From NCBI GenBank assembly GCA_965228895.1, contig OZ245842.1, positions 4,544,001 through 4,608,000 on the forward strand: DNA of 64,000 bases, read 5' to 3'. The notes under the pieces were generated by a model, which did not search any database, was not told where the DNA came from, and worked only from the letters and a program-made list of their open reading frames with translations. The position numbers and the translations under genes are program-made. This document shows, one piece after another, positions 32,235 through 40,604 of this stretch. How positions within the stretch are numbered: the stretch's first letter is position 1; every line of letters begins with the position of its first letter. This stretch comes from Alphaproteobacteria bacterium. Lineage in GTDB: Bacteria > Pseudomonadota > Alphaproteobacteria > SP197.

Positions 32235-32910
32235 CGCTTGCACGCCGCCGATAGACGACCTCGCCACCACGGCCCTCGAATGTGAACTTCACCCATTCGC
32301 CGCTGGCCGTGTACCAAAGCTTGGCGTCCAAGTCGCCCGACACGTCGTAACGCATGGTCTCGACTGTCTGCCCGGCGACAGCGATCGTCTCGCCGCCGAG
32401 GTTTGTCACGTCGACCGTGATCAGGCGGCCCGATTGGGTGTCCAGCAACTGCGGTCGGTCGACCAGGGCGATGTTCCAATAGCTGGTCGGAACGACGTTC
32501 AACGGCGCGACGTAACTGCCGCTGGAACTCTCGACAAGAAATCCATCATCGCCTGCTTGGCCGCGAAGCCAATGCTTCTCGCCGTTGTCATTGGTCGTTG
32601 TCTCGATGGCGACCAACCCCCCGTCACGCCAGATTTCCGTGTTCTCGTGCTCGTAGCGGAAGACCGTGATGAAGGCCACCTTGACCTCCAAGGTAATCGC
32701 GATGTCGACTTGCAAATCACCGTCCACTTGTCGAAACGTGACGCTGTGATGGCCAATCGGCTCGCCTTCGCGCAGCACGTCGAACGAAAGGTTCGGGCCC
32801 TGGGCATGACCGGTTCCAGGCGCGGCAGCCCAGGCAACCGCAACCATCGTGGCAAACGCCAGCGTGAGAACGACGATGTTGGTTCGCGTCCGACAAATCT
32901 GTTCGTTCAT
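32221..32910 (-). CDS. Secreted DUF6134-like protein
   Basis: Signal peptide; FDVLREGEPIGHH; FRYEH..E.W; PTSYWN. Confidence 0.75.
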   Translation of the reverse strand: MNEQICRTRTNIVVLTLAFATMVAVAWAAAPGTGHAQGPNLSFDVLREGEPIGHHSVTFRQVDGDLQVDIAITLEVKVAFITVFRYEHENTEIWRDGGLVAIETTTNDNGEKHWLRGQAGDDGFLVESSSGSYVAPLNVVPTSYWNIALVDRPQLLDTQSGRLITVDVTNLGGETIAVAGQTVETMRYDVSGDLDAKLWYTASGEWVKFTFEGRGGEVVYRRRASDDLG

Positions 32911-32918
32911 GATGGTTT

Positions 32919-32944
32919 TACGGCAGTTTCCGCGTGCTGGATCG
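32919..32944 (-). promoter_or_regulatory. SigmaE-like promoter for the DUF6134-SDR-NTF2 operon
   Basis: CGATCC-N15-CCGTA ending 8 nt before the ATG. Confidence 0.7.
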
Positions 32945-32964
32945 GCAATGATCCGTTCAGGCGA

Positions 32965-33396
32965 TCACCGCGCCGCCGCCTTCTTGTCGCGATGGTAGGT
33001 CAGCGCCGACGCGATGCAGGAGGCCACGATTTCGGTCGGCAAAGGATCGTTCTTGTCGAAAACGATGGCGCGATTGCCTTCGAACGTCAGGTTATCGCCG
33101 AACTGCGCGCGGAACGTTTCGACCAGGCTGGTGTTGCAGTTGAAATAGAGCGCATAGCGCGTCGGCATCGCCTTTTTCCAGCCGATCCGGATCGTGCTGC
33201 CGCTTTTCGACGCCTCGGTCAGATAGGCCGGCTCGCCCCATTTGAGCGTCTCCGTCAGCGGCCCGACGCCCTCGATGGCGTCGGCGGTCTCAAAAATCAG
33301 TTCGCGTAGGATCAGCATGCCCGGGCGAACGGCCGCGGGCGCGGCACCGAAGGCCGCGGAGACCGATCGTTCGATTGATGGTGCCATGGGCATCAC
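32965..33396 (-). CDS. DUF1801 domain protein
   Basis: ETLKWGEPAY; SGSTIRI; FNCNTSLVETFR; ALTYH. Confidence 0.85.
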   Translation of the reverse strand: MMPMAPSIERSVSAAFGAAPAAVRPGMLILRELIFETADAIEGVGPLTETLKWGEPAYLTEASKSGSTIRIGWKKAMPTRYALYFNCNTSLVETFRAQFGDNLTFEGNRAIVFDKNDPLPTEIVASCIASALTYHRDKKAAAR

Positions 33397-33496
33397 ACGG
33401 TGATCCGTTCAGCGTGGATACCCTAGCACAGGCTAGGCCCTGCTCGCCGCCCCCGGACCGTGCCGAAGGACGGCGCGCAGTCATTGGCGCCTTCTA

Positions 33497-33706
33497 TCAG
33501 TTGCGGTTTCTGCCGCGCCGAACCACAAAGGCAACAAGGGCGACCAGACCGATGACAGCGGCCAGGATCGGCAACGCTTCAATGACGGCGTCGCCAAAAT
33601 GCCAGTGCGGCGCGCCGGCCGCCTCGTGGGCATGGGCGGAGAGTGCGAAAAGGCCCGGCAGAACCATGGCAAGGGTGGCGGCAATCAATCGGTTGAACAA
33701 CGTCAT
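33497..33706 (-). CDS. Small exported/membrane protein with His motif
   Basis: Signal-like N-terminus, AHAHE...HWH, C-terminal TM with basic tail; AAAGGA RBS. Confidence 0.65.
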   Translation of the reverse strand: MTLFNRLIAATLAMVLPGLFALSAHAHEAAGAPHWHFGDAVIEALPILAAVIGLVALVAFVVRRGRNRN

Positions 33707-33750
33707 CGTGGTCTGTCCTTTCTGTTTCCAGGGGTTGGTAGGGGTTGGGT

Positions 33751-34935
33751 TCAGTCTGACATCACCTGGTCGCGGTGGCCGAGTTTGCCTTCGACGACCA
33801 TGGTGCCGAGGGTATCCAGGATCACCCGGCAGGCGAGCTGGGCGGTGTTGTCGTTAACGTCATAGGGCGGCGATACCTCGACCACCTCCATGCCGCACAG
33901 GCCTTCGCGCGCGATCAATCGCACCATTTCCAAGGCCTCGCGCGGCGTGAAACCGCCTGGCTCCGGCGTGCCCGTTCCCGGTGCGAAACCGGGGTCGATG
34001 GAATCGATGTCGAACGACAGGTAGACCGCCTTGGCGCCTTTCCAGGCGAGCTCCAACGCCATCTCGGCGGCTTTCTTGACGCCCAGTTCCTCCACATCGG
34101 TCATGGTCATGACGCTGGTGCCGCGCTCGTTGGCGACCTCCGAACCGCGCCTGGAGCCGTACCAGCCGCCGATGCCGATCTGCACCAGATTCTTCGGCGG
34201 ACAGTTGGCGAGACCGACGTCGTGCATGTGGGTGTGGGCATGATGGGACGAGCTCTTGTCGACGCTCTCGTGGCCATGGGACGTCCAGTACCAGGGCGTC
34301 GTGTGCATGCGCTCGTCCATATCCATGTCGGCCATGTCGATGTGGCGGTCGAAATGGATGATGCCGACATTGCCGTCGATATGGGGCGCGATGCCGCGCA
34401 CGTTGGGATAGCCGAGCGAATGATCGCCGCCGACCAGGATCGGGAAGGCGCCGGACGTATAGACGTGGGAGACGGCGAGGCTGACCTGATCGAACGTCTT
34501 CTCGATGTTGCCGGGGATGACGAAGATGTCGCCGGCATCGCACATGTCGAGCTCTTCGGGCAGGTCGACGCCGCCGTCGACCGAATAACCGTCATAGACT
34601 GCCGAGATGCGCCTGACCGCCTGCGGCCCGAAGCGGGTGCCCGGGCGATAGGTGGTGCCGGTATCGAACGGCACGCCAACGAAGGCGGCCTCATAGTCGC
34701 CGACCTTCTTGATGTCCTCGCAATAGGTTGACTTCATAAAGGTGTTGATGCCGGCGAAGGCCGGGAGGTGGCCGCGACTGAACAGCGAGATCGTCCGGTC
34801 GTGGATCGAATCCGCGGCTTCCAGGCCCAATTCCAGGGTCCTGGCGATCTCTTCGTCCTGTTTGGTCTGGGAGATCTTGCCCAGGCGCTTCAGGTTGCGG
34901 TTGCCGCGAAACTCTCCCGACTTCGGATCAGGCAT
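33751..34935 (-). CDS. Ureohydrolase (agmatinase family), guanidine hydrolase GdmH-like
   Basis: GLEAADSIHDR..FSRG.LP..AGINTFMK, GTTYRPGTRFGPQ, GGDHS, HFDRHID, DERMHT, SFDIDS. Confidence 0.88.
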   Translation of the reverse strand: MPDPKSGEFRGNRNLKRLGKISQTKQDEEIARTLELGLEAADSIHDRTISLFSRGHLPAFAGINTFMKSTYCEDIKKVGDYEAAFVGVPFDTGTTYRPGTRFGPQAVRRISAVYDGYSVDGGVDLPEELDMCDAGDIFVIPGNIEKTFDQVSLAVSHVYTSGAFPILVGGDHSLGYPNVRGIAPHIDGNVGIIHFDRHIDMADMDMDERMHTTPWYWTSHGHESVDKSSSHHAHTHMHDVGLANCPPKNLVQIGIGGWYGSRRGSEVANERGTSVMTMTDVEELGVKKAAEMALELAWKGAKAVYLSFDIDSIDPGFAPGTGTPEPGGFTPREALEMVRLIAREGLCGMEVVEVSPPYDVNDNTAQLACRVILDTLGTMVVEGKLGHRDQVMSD

Positions 34936-34987
34936 GATGCTCCCCCTCATGACGTTATCGTTCTTGGTCCCGCACGCTAGTGTCTGC

Positions 34988-35032
34988 TGGCGATTGCATC
35001 AATCGCCATATGGTCAATGCGGTGCATTGATC
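34988..35032. promoter_or_regulatory. Two adjacent dyads in the divergent promoter region
   Basis: TGGCGATTG-CAT-CAATCGCCA and GGTCAATGC-GGT-GCATTGATC. Confidence 0.5.
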
Positions 35033-35107
35033 GCGGACGACATAGCCCTCTGCGGTTCAGTCGACTAGGTTTCCTGGATTGATTGGAACAACGGCCTTTG
35101 AGAAACC

Positions 35108-36523
35108 ATGGGCGTGAAACGTCTCATCCGGAACGCCTGCGTGATCTCCGTCGACCCGGAGATCGGCACCAAGCGTCGCGCCGACATCCTGATCGAAGAT
35201 GACCGCATCGCCGCGGTCGGATCCGATCTTGGTGTCGACGATGCCGAGACGATCGATGCCGGCGGCATGATCGCCATGCCCGGCCTTGTCTGTTGTCACC
35301 GGCATCTTTGGATGACGCTGCTGCGTGGCTTCATCTCCGACGGCACGTGGTCGAGCTATCTGGTCGAGACCTTTTGGGGCCGCCGGCCGCTCTATCGGCC
35401 CGAAGACAACCACATCGCATCCTATGCCGGCGCGCTGGAGGCAATCGATGCGGGCGTCACCACGGTGCTGGATTTCCACGATTGCAGCGTTCGCGAAGGC
35501 CTTGCCGATGCCAGTCTTGACGCTCTCGAAAAAAGCGGCCTGCGCGCCGTCTTTGCCTATGGGCTCGAAGGGCCGCCTGACTTCGGCGGCGCAGGCAGCG
35601 CCGAGGCAATGGCGCCGGCCCTGCCCTGGCACCGTGACGAGGCCAAACGTCTGCGCGGCGAACGGCTTGGCAGCGATGACGCCCTGGTCACCATGGGCAT
35701 CACCGCGCGCAATCTCGAGTTTCTCCCCTTCGCCTGCGCGAAGCACGATCTGGGCCTCGCCCGCGACCTCGGCGTGCGCACCGTGACCACCCATGCCGGT
35801 TCCGGCGCGCTGAGCAAGGGGGCGACCCTTGTCGACAACCTGCGGGACCACGATCTTCTGGGGCCGGACATCCTGTTTTCCCACGGCCAGAGCTTCACCG
35901 ACGACGAGCTCGATATCCTGGCGGCCACGGGCGTGAAGATCGTGGTGTCCGTCGAGAGCGAGCTGGGCCAAGGCGCCGATCCCGTCACCTGGCGCGCCCT
36001 TCAGCATGGTGTCACGGTGAGCCTGGGCGCCGATTCCGTCGGCAGCCTGGCCGGCGACATGTTTCGCCATATGCAGATGACGCTGAAAGTCGGGCGCGGC
36101 TCACGGGCGCGGCTTATGGATCAGCAGGGCATCGCGCCGACGGATGTGGCGCTCACGACCCGCGACATGCTGGAGATCGCCACCATGGGCGGCGCTCGCT
36201 CCCTGCGCCTGGAAGACAGGATCGGCAGCCTGACGCCCGGCAAACAGGCCGACATCATCCTGCTGTCGCGCAAGCGGGTCGGCATGATGTCCGGCGCCGA
36301 TCCCGAACAGATCGCGGTCCTGCAGGCCAACGGCGGCGACGTCGATACGGTGCTGGTGGCCGGGCGGGTGCTGAAGCGCCACGGCGTTCTGCTGGAGGCC
36401 GACCTGGATACCGTTGCGTGCGACCTCGAGGCGTCGCGTGCCTATCTCGACGACGCCTATGAGCGCCTTGATACAGACATCATGTGGGATGCCTATAACG
36501 CCAAGGTGGCCGCGGCATCCTAG
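35108..36523 (+). CDS. Metal-dependent amidohydrolase (SsnA/AtzA-like)
   Basis: PGLVCCHRH, AGVTTV, SLGADS, IGSLTPGKQADII. Confidence 0.88.
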   Translation: MGVKRLIRNACVISVDPEIGTKRRADILIEDDRIAAVGSDLGVDDAETIDAGGMIAMPGLVCCHRHLWMTLLRGFISDGTWSSYLVETFWGRRPLYRPEDNHIASYAGALEAIDAGVTTVLDFHDCSVREGLADASLDALEKSGLRAVFAYGLEGPPDFGGAGSAEAMAPALPWHRDEAKRLRGERLGSDDALVTMGITARNLEFLPFACAKHDLGLARDLGVRTVTTHAGSGALSKGATLVDNLRDHDLLGPDILFSHGQSFTDDELDILAATGVKIVVSVESELGQGADPVTWRALQHGVTVSLGADSVGSLAGDMFRHMQMTLKVGRGSRARLMDQQGIAPTDVALTTRDMLEIATMGGARSLRLEDRIGSLTPGKQADIILLSRKRVGMMSGADPEQIAVLQANGGDVDTVLVAGRVLKRHGVLLEADLDTVACDLEASRAYLDDAYERLDTDIMWDAYNAKVAAAS

Positions 36524-36540
36524 ATACAGGGGCCGTTCTG

Positions 36541-37971
36541 TCAGCCAACCTGAACCGGGATGGCGAGCGCTCGTTCGATCAAGGCACGGGCGGCGCCTTC
36601 GCCTTCCTGAAGCGAGCGGCCGAAGGCGAGCAGCTGTTCGTCGGCCCAGGACCGCGCAACAATCTGAACGCAGACCGGTAGCCCGTCCTTGCCGATACCG
36701 ACCGGCACGACGAGGACGGGTGACGCGGTCAACGAGAACGGCGTCGTATAGGCGATCGCCCGCCAAAAGAACGCCTCGTCCAGCGTCTCGCCGTGGCGCG
36801 GCGCCACGGTCGGCGCGGCCGGGCAGACCAGGAAATCATAGGTCTCGAACAGCCGGTTGACGGTCAGGCGGAACGCCTCCCAGCGGCTCATCAGGACAAT
36901 GAAGTCGCTGGCCGGCCGCTCGTCCAGCTTGCCGACGCTCTCAAGCCAGAACGCCATCGAGGGCGACATGGCGTCGAGACCGGTCACAGTGTCGACCGCT
37001 TGGCGCAGAAGATGACCGGCATCGGCGCTGAACAGGCCATAGGCGATGTCACCGCCTTCGGCGAACAGCGCATCGAGATCAGGCGTGTCGACGACATAAG
37101 ACGGCTCTAACGCCGCGCCAAAAGCCTTGATGGCCTCGACGATTTCCGGCTCCGGCGGCGCTGTCGGGCTGCCGGTGGATAAGGCAATTCTGACGCCGCC
37201 CGGGCGTGGTGGCGCCGCGCGCCCGATGATGCCGTCGGTCTTGGGATCGTCGGGGTCGGGACCGCCGATTACCTGAAAGACCAGTTCCAGGTCGCGGACG
37301 CTGCGGGCAAGCGGGGCAATCCGGCACATCTGCCCCTTCATGCCCGAACAGCCGAAGAGGTAACCGGCCGACGAGACCCTGCCCAACGAGGGGCGGTGGG
37401 CGAACAGGCCACAGCAATGGGCGGTGTTGCGGCTGCCGCCGCCGAAATCGCTGCCGATGACGACGGGAAGGGCCCGGGCCTTGACCAAGGCCGCGCCGCC
37501 GCCCGTGCTGCCACCGGGCGATCGGGCGCGATCGATCGGATTGTTGGTGCGCCCGTAGATCAGGTTATCGGTCTCGATCGAGGTGCCGAGTTCCGGCGTG
37601 TTGGTCAGGCCGAGCAGGACACTGCCGGCCGCGTCGAGCCGGTTGACCACCGTGGCGCTGAGCGAGGAGACATGATTGGCATGGCCCATCGTGCCGAAGG
37701 TCGTGATCCAGCCCTCGACCTCCAGACAATCCTTGACCGCATAGGGCAGACCCCAGAACGGACCCGCCGACGGGTTCCGGTCGCGATCCGACGCCACGTC
37801 AAGGGACCAATCGGGCCGCTGCTGCACCATGCCGTTGATCGCCGGCTCCACAGCATCCAAGCGGTCAAGATGGGCGGCAATGACCTCGCGGCTGCTAGCG
37901 TCGCCGCGCGCCAGAAGATCGCCGAGGGCGACAAGATCAAGGTCAAACAGATCCACCGGCGCCTCCGGCAA
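36541..37971 (-). CDS. Amidase signature family protein with an atypical nucleophile motif
   Basis: GLPYAVKD, TNTPEL, GRTNNP, PGGSTGG, GSDFGGGSR. Confidence 0.85.
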   Translation of the reverse strand: MPEAPVDLFDLDLVALGDLLARGDASSREVIAAHLDRLDAVEPAINGMVQQRPDWSLDVASDRDRNPSAGPFWGLPYAVKDCLEVEGWITTFGTMGHANHVSSLSATVVNRLDAAGSVLLGLTNTPELGTSIETDNLIYGRTNNPIDRARSPGGSTGGGAALVKARALPVVIGSDFGGGSRNTAHCCGLFAHRPSLGRVSSAGYLFGCSGMKGQMCRIAPLARSVRDLELVFQVIGGPDPDDPKTDGIIGRAAPPRPGGVRIALSTGSPTAPPEPEIVEAIKAFGAALEPSYVVDTPDLDALFAEGGDIAYGLFSADAGHLLRQAVDTVTGLDAMSPSMAFWLESVGKLDERPASDFIVLMSRWEAFRLTVNRLFETYDFLVCPAAPTVAPRHGETLDEAFFWRAIAYTTPFSLTASPVLVVPVGIGKDGLPVCVQIVARSWADEQLLAFGRSLQEGEGAARALIERALAIPVQVG

Positions 37972-38196
37972 TTCACAGAATCACGTCCGAATCCCAAGGC
38001 GTCCATCCTGCCATCCGCGGCCGACACCTGTCTTGTTTCGCGCGCTCTCGGTCGGTGAACCGGGGCAGAAAAATCTCATTTATATGCACTCCGCATTAAT
38101 AAGAAACAACACTCGTGTCGTGCCTATGTCGTCTGACGGAAGAGCATACGACGGCGGGTTCAAAGGCACGAAAACCTGCTTGCGCCCAACAAAGGA

Positions 38197-38231
38197 ATCT
38201 GTATAGTACGTTTAATACGTACTATACAGAT
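38197..38231. promoter_or_regulatory. Perfect 15-bp inverted repeat, probable operator
   Basis: ATCTGTATAGTACGT-TTAAT-ACGTACTATACAGAT. Confidence 0.8.
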
Positions 38232-38241
38232 GCACACTAGG

Positions 38242-38757
38242 ATGAGTGACACTCAGGTTCGATATCAGCTCTCGGTTAGGGATACCGCCAGCCAGCTGGG
38301 GATCAGCGAGGGCGCTGTACGACAGCGTATACGCCGTGGATCGCTTGAGGCACGGCGCAAAGGCCGGCGCGTTCTGGTGCTGCTGACCGAAGCCGACGTG
38401 GCCGCCGAGGATTATCAAGACGACGACGGACCAGACCATACTGTACGTATTGTACAGGACCTCGATGAGGTCGCCCCGCCGCGCCAGAACGGCGCGGTCA
38501 GCCGCGCCGAACTCGACCAAGCCAACGCCGCCTATGACGACCTGGCGGAGGCCTGGGCACGCGACCTGCGCCGCCAGCTCGAGCGCTTGGAGCAGGAGGT
38601 CGAGCGTCTGCTGAAGGAGCTCAGCGAGACGCGTGAGCGCCACGCCGAGGAGATGCGGCGCAAGGACATTCTGTTGCAGGGCAACCAGGAAGCCCTGATG
38701 ACATCGATCGCGCGGATTGCCGGTCCCGCCGCCCAGACGCCGCCTGAGTCAGAGTAA
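38242..38757 (+). CDS. Excisionase/MerR-like HTH protein with C-terminal coiled coil
   Basis: LSVRDTASQLGISEGAVRQRIRRGSL; heptad-rich LRRQLERLEQEVERLLKEL; alternative start at 38230. Confidence 0.75.
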   Translation: MSDTQVRYQLSVRDTASQLGISEGAVRQRIRRGSLEARRKGRRVLVLLTEADVAAEDYQDDDGPDHTVRIVQDLDEVAPPRQNGAVSRAELDQANAAYDDLAEAWARDLRRQLERLEQEVERLLKELSETRERHAEEMRRKDILLQGNQEALMTSIARIAGPAAQTPPESE

Positions 38758-38820
38758 CCGAACGGTCAAACGCCAAGGCAACGCTTGCGCCAACTTCGAC
38801 CGCACGCCAAGCTCGCCCCT

Positions 38821-39255
38821 ATGAGCGGTTACATCGAGACTTATCGCGGCATGGTCACCGCCTGGAACTGTGACCACCAGGGCCACATGAACACGGTGCA
38901 GTACTACGCCATGTTCGATCAGGCGGGCTGGCACATGCTGACCCGCGCCGGCTATGGCGCCGAGCGGCTGCGCGCCGAAAAGCGCGGTTTTGTCGACGTG
39001 CATGCGGAACTCGCCTTTATCGACGAGATGATCGTCAACGATCCCGTGGTCATCATCAGCGGCGTGCGCAAAATAGGGGCATCATCGCTGACCTATCACT
39101 CGCGCATGAATCGCGGCGACGGCGGTGATCTGGTCGCCACGGCGACCACGACCACCGTCCACTTCGACCTGGAGGCCCGGGCCAAAACGCCCATCCCCGA
39201 CGACATCCGGCCGCACTTCGAGGCGCTCCTCGTGGATGACGACTTGCTGGGTTGA
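38821..39255 (+). CDS. Hot-dog fold thioesterase (4HBT-like)
   Basis: CDHQGHMNTVQY motif. Confidence 0.85.
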   Translation: MSGYIETYRGMVTAWNCDHQGHMNTVQYYAMFDQAGWHMLTRAGYGAERLRAEKRGFVDVHAELAFIDEMIVNDPVVIISGVRKIGASSLTYHSRMNRGDGGDLVATATTTTVHFDLEARAKTPIPDDIRPHFEALLVDDDLLG

Positions 39256-39345
39256 CCGGCCTGATTGGGTCGTCGCGGAAAAGCCAACACTACCACTTAC
39301 GTTCTAGTTCCGTTCCCACCTGCCTCGGTGTAGAACCGGCCCACC

Positions 39346-40341
39346 ATGCACGGACTGGTGATCGGCAAGTTCCTCCCACCGCACAACGGGCACAAGCTGC
39401 TCGTCGACATGGCCAGCGCCATGGCCGACGAGCTCACCGTGGTCGTCTGCGCGATCGATTCCGAACCGATTGCCGGTCATCTGCGCTATGACTGGATGCG
39501 CCAGACCTGCCCAAAGGCCCATGTGCTGTTGCAGGATTGGCCCATCCCGCAGGAACCGCACGAGCATCCGGACTTCTGGAGTATCTGGCGCGACACCCTG
39601 AGACTCCATGCGCCCGCCGGCATCGATCTCGTATTCGGCTCGGACCCCTATGTCGCCCGGCTGGCCGAGGAGCTTGACGCCCGTCACGTCCCGGTCGACC
39701 CGGAACGGACCCTGGTCCCGGTCTCAGGCTCGGCGATCCGGGACGATCCGATGACCAACTGGGACTATCTGGTACCCGCCGCGCGCGCCCATTTTGCCAA
39801 GCGCGTCTGTATCTTCGGCCCGGAATCGACCGGCAAGACGACGCTGGCCCGCCAGTTGGCCCGGCACTTCGACACGGTTTGGGTGCATGAATATGGCCGT
39901 GTTTTTCTCGACACCGTGGATCGCGACTGCACCCTCGACGATATCCGTCTGTTTGCGCGTGCCCAGCCGGCCACGGAAGACGCCTTGGCGCACCAGGCGA
40001 ACCGGGTCTTGTTCTGCGATACCGATCCCTTGACCACCGTCATCTGGTCACGCGCCTTGCTCGGCACATGCCCTGACGAGGTTCTTGGTGCCGCCGCGCA
40101 GCGCCGCTATGATCTGACCCTGCTGCTCGACGACGACGTCCCGTTTGTGCCGGACTCCCAGCGCTATCTGCCGGATCGCAGGCAAGTCGACCTCGCAACC
40201 TTCCGCGAGGCGCTGGATGCTCACGCCCGCCCCTATTGTCTGATTTCCGGTGATTGGGATCAGCGTTTTCGTCGCGCCGTTCTGGCCGTCGAGGATCTGG
40301 TACGGCCGAAACGCCCCGATCCGGTCGATGTGACGCTCTGA
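39346..40341 (+). CDS. nadR: NadR-like NMN adenylyltransferase/ribosylnicotinamide kinase lacking the HTH domain
   Basis: GKFLPPHNGH; VSGSAIR; GPESTGKT; EYGR; FCDTD. Confidence 0.88.
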   Translation: MHGLVIGKFLPPHNGHKLLVDMASAMADELTVVVCAIDSEPIAGHLRYDWMRQTCPKAHVLLQDWPIPQEPHEHPDFWSIWRDTLRLHAPAGIDLVFGSDPYVARLAEELDARHVPVDPERTLVPVSGSAIRDDPMTNWDYLVPAARAHFAKRVCIFGPESTGKTTLARQLARHFDTVWVHEYGRVFLDTVDRDCTLDDIRLFARAQPATEDALAHQANRVLFCDTDPLTTVIWSRALLGTCPDEVLGAAAQRRYDLTLLLDDDVPFVPDSQRYLPDRRQVDLATFREALDAHARPYCLISGDWDQRFRRAVLAVEDLVRPKRPDPVDVTL

Positions 40342-40352
40342 TCTGGGCCGCA

Positions 40353-40604
40353 TCAACCGGTTGACGCGTTCGCCCTGGCGTCCTCCTGCTTGGCGCGCAC
40401 GCCGGCATAGGTCGCGACGCCATAGGGCACGCAAAAGGTCAGGCACAGTTTGAACCAGTTGATGGGATCGCCGTCGATGATCGCGTCGCCCTGGTTGATG
40501 GCGACCAGCACGGTACCGATGACAAGCGCGACCTTCAGCGACCGCGCGACAATCTCGCGCGACCGGGCGATCGCGAAAAAGTCGGTTTGGCCGTCCGCCC
40601 TCAG
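40353..40604 (-). CDS. NrtS-family small membrane protein, probable CTG start
   Basis: Not in the ORF track. Hand translation: ...RSLKVALVIGTVLVAINQGDAII...WFKLCLTFCVPYGVATYAG... Confidence 0.75.
   Translation of the reverse strand: MRADGQTDFFAIARSREIVARSLKVALVIGTVLVAINQGDAIIDGDPINWFKLCLTFCVPYGVATYAGVRAKQEDARANASTG

Noticed and set aside
34950-35107. Guanidine riboswitch upstream of the GdmH-like gene
   Set aside because: No ykkC-type conserved segments or twin ACGR loops are recognisable by eye
38060-38231. dif site or replication origin in the AT-rich patch
   Set aside because: No XerD arm (TTATGTTAAAT-like) and no DnaA-box cluster
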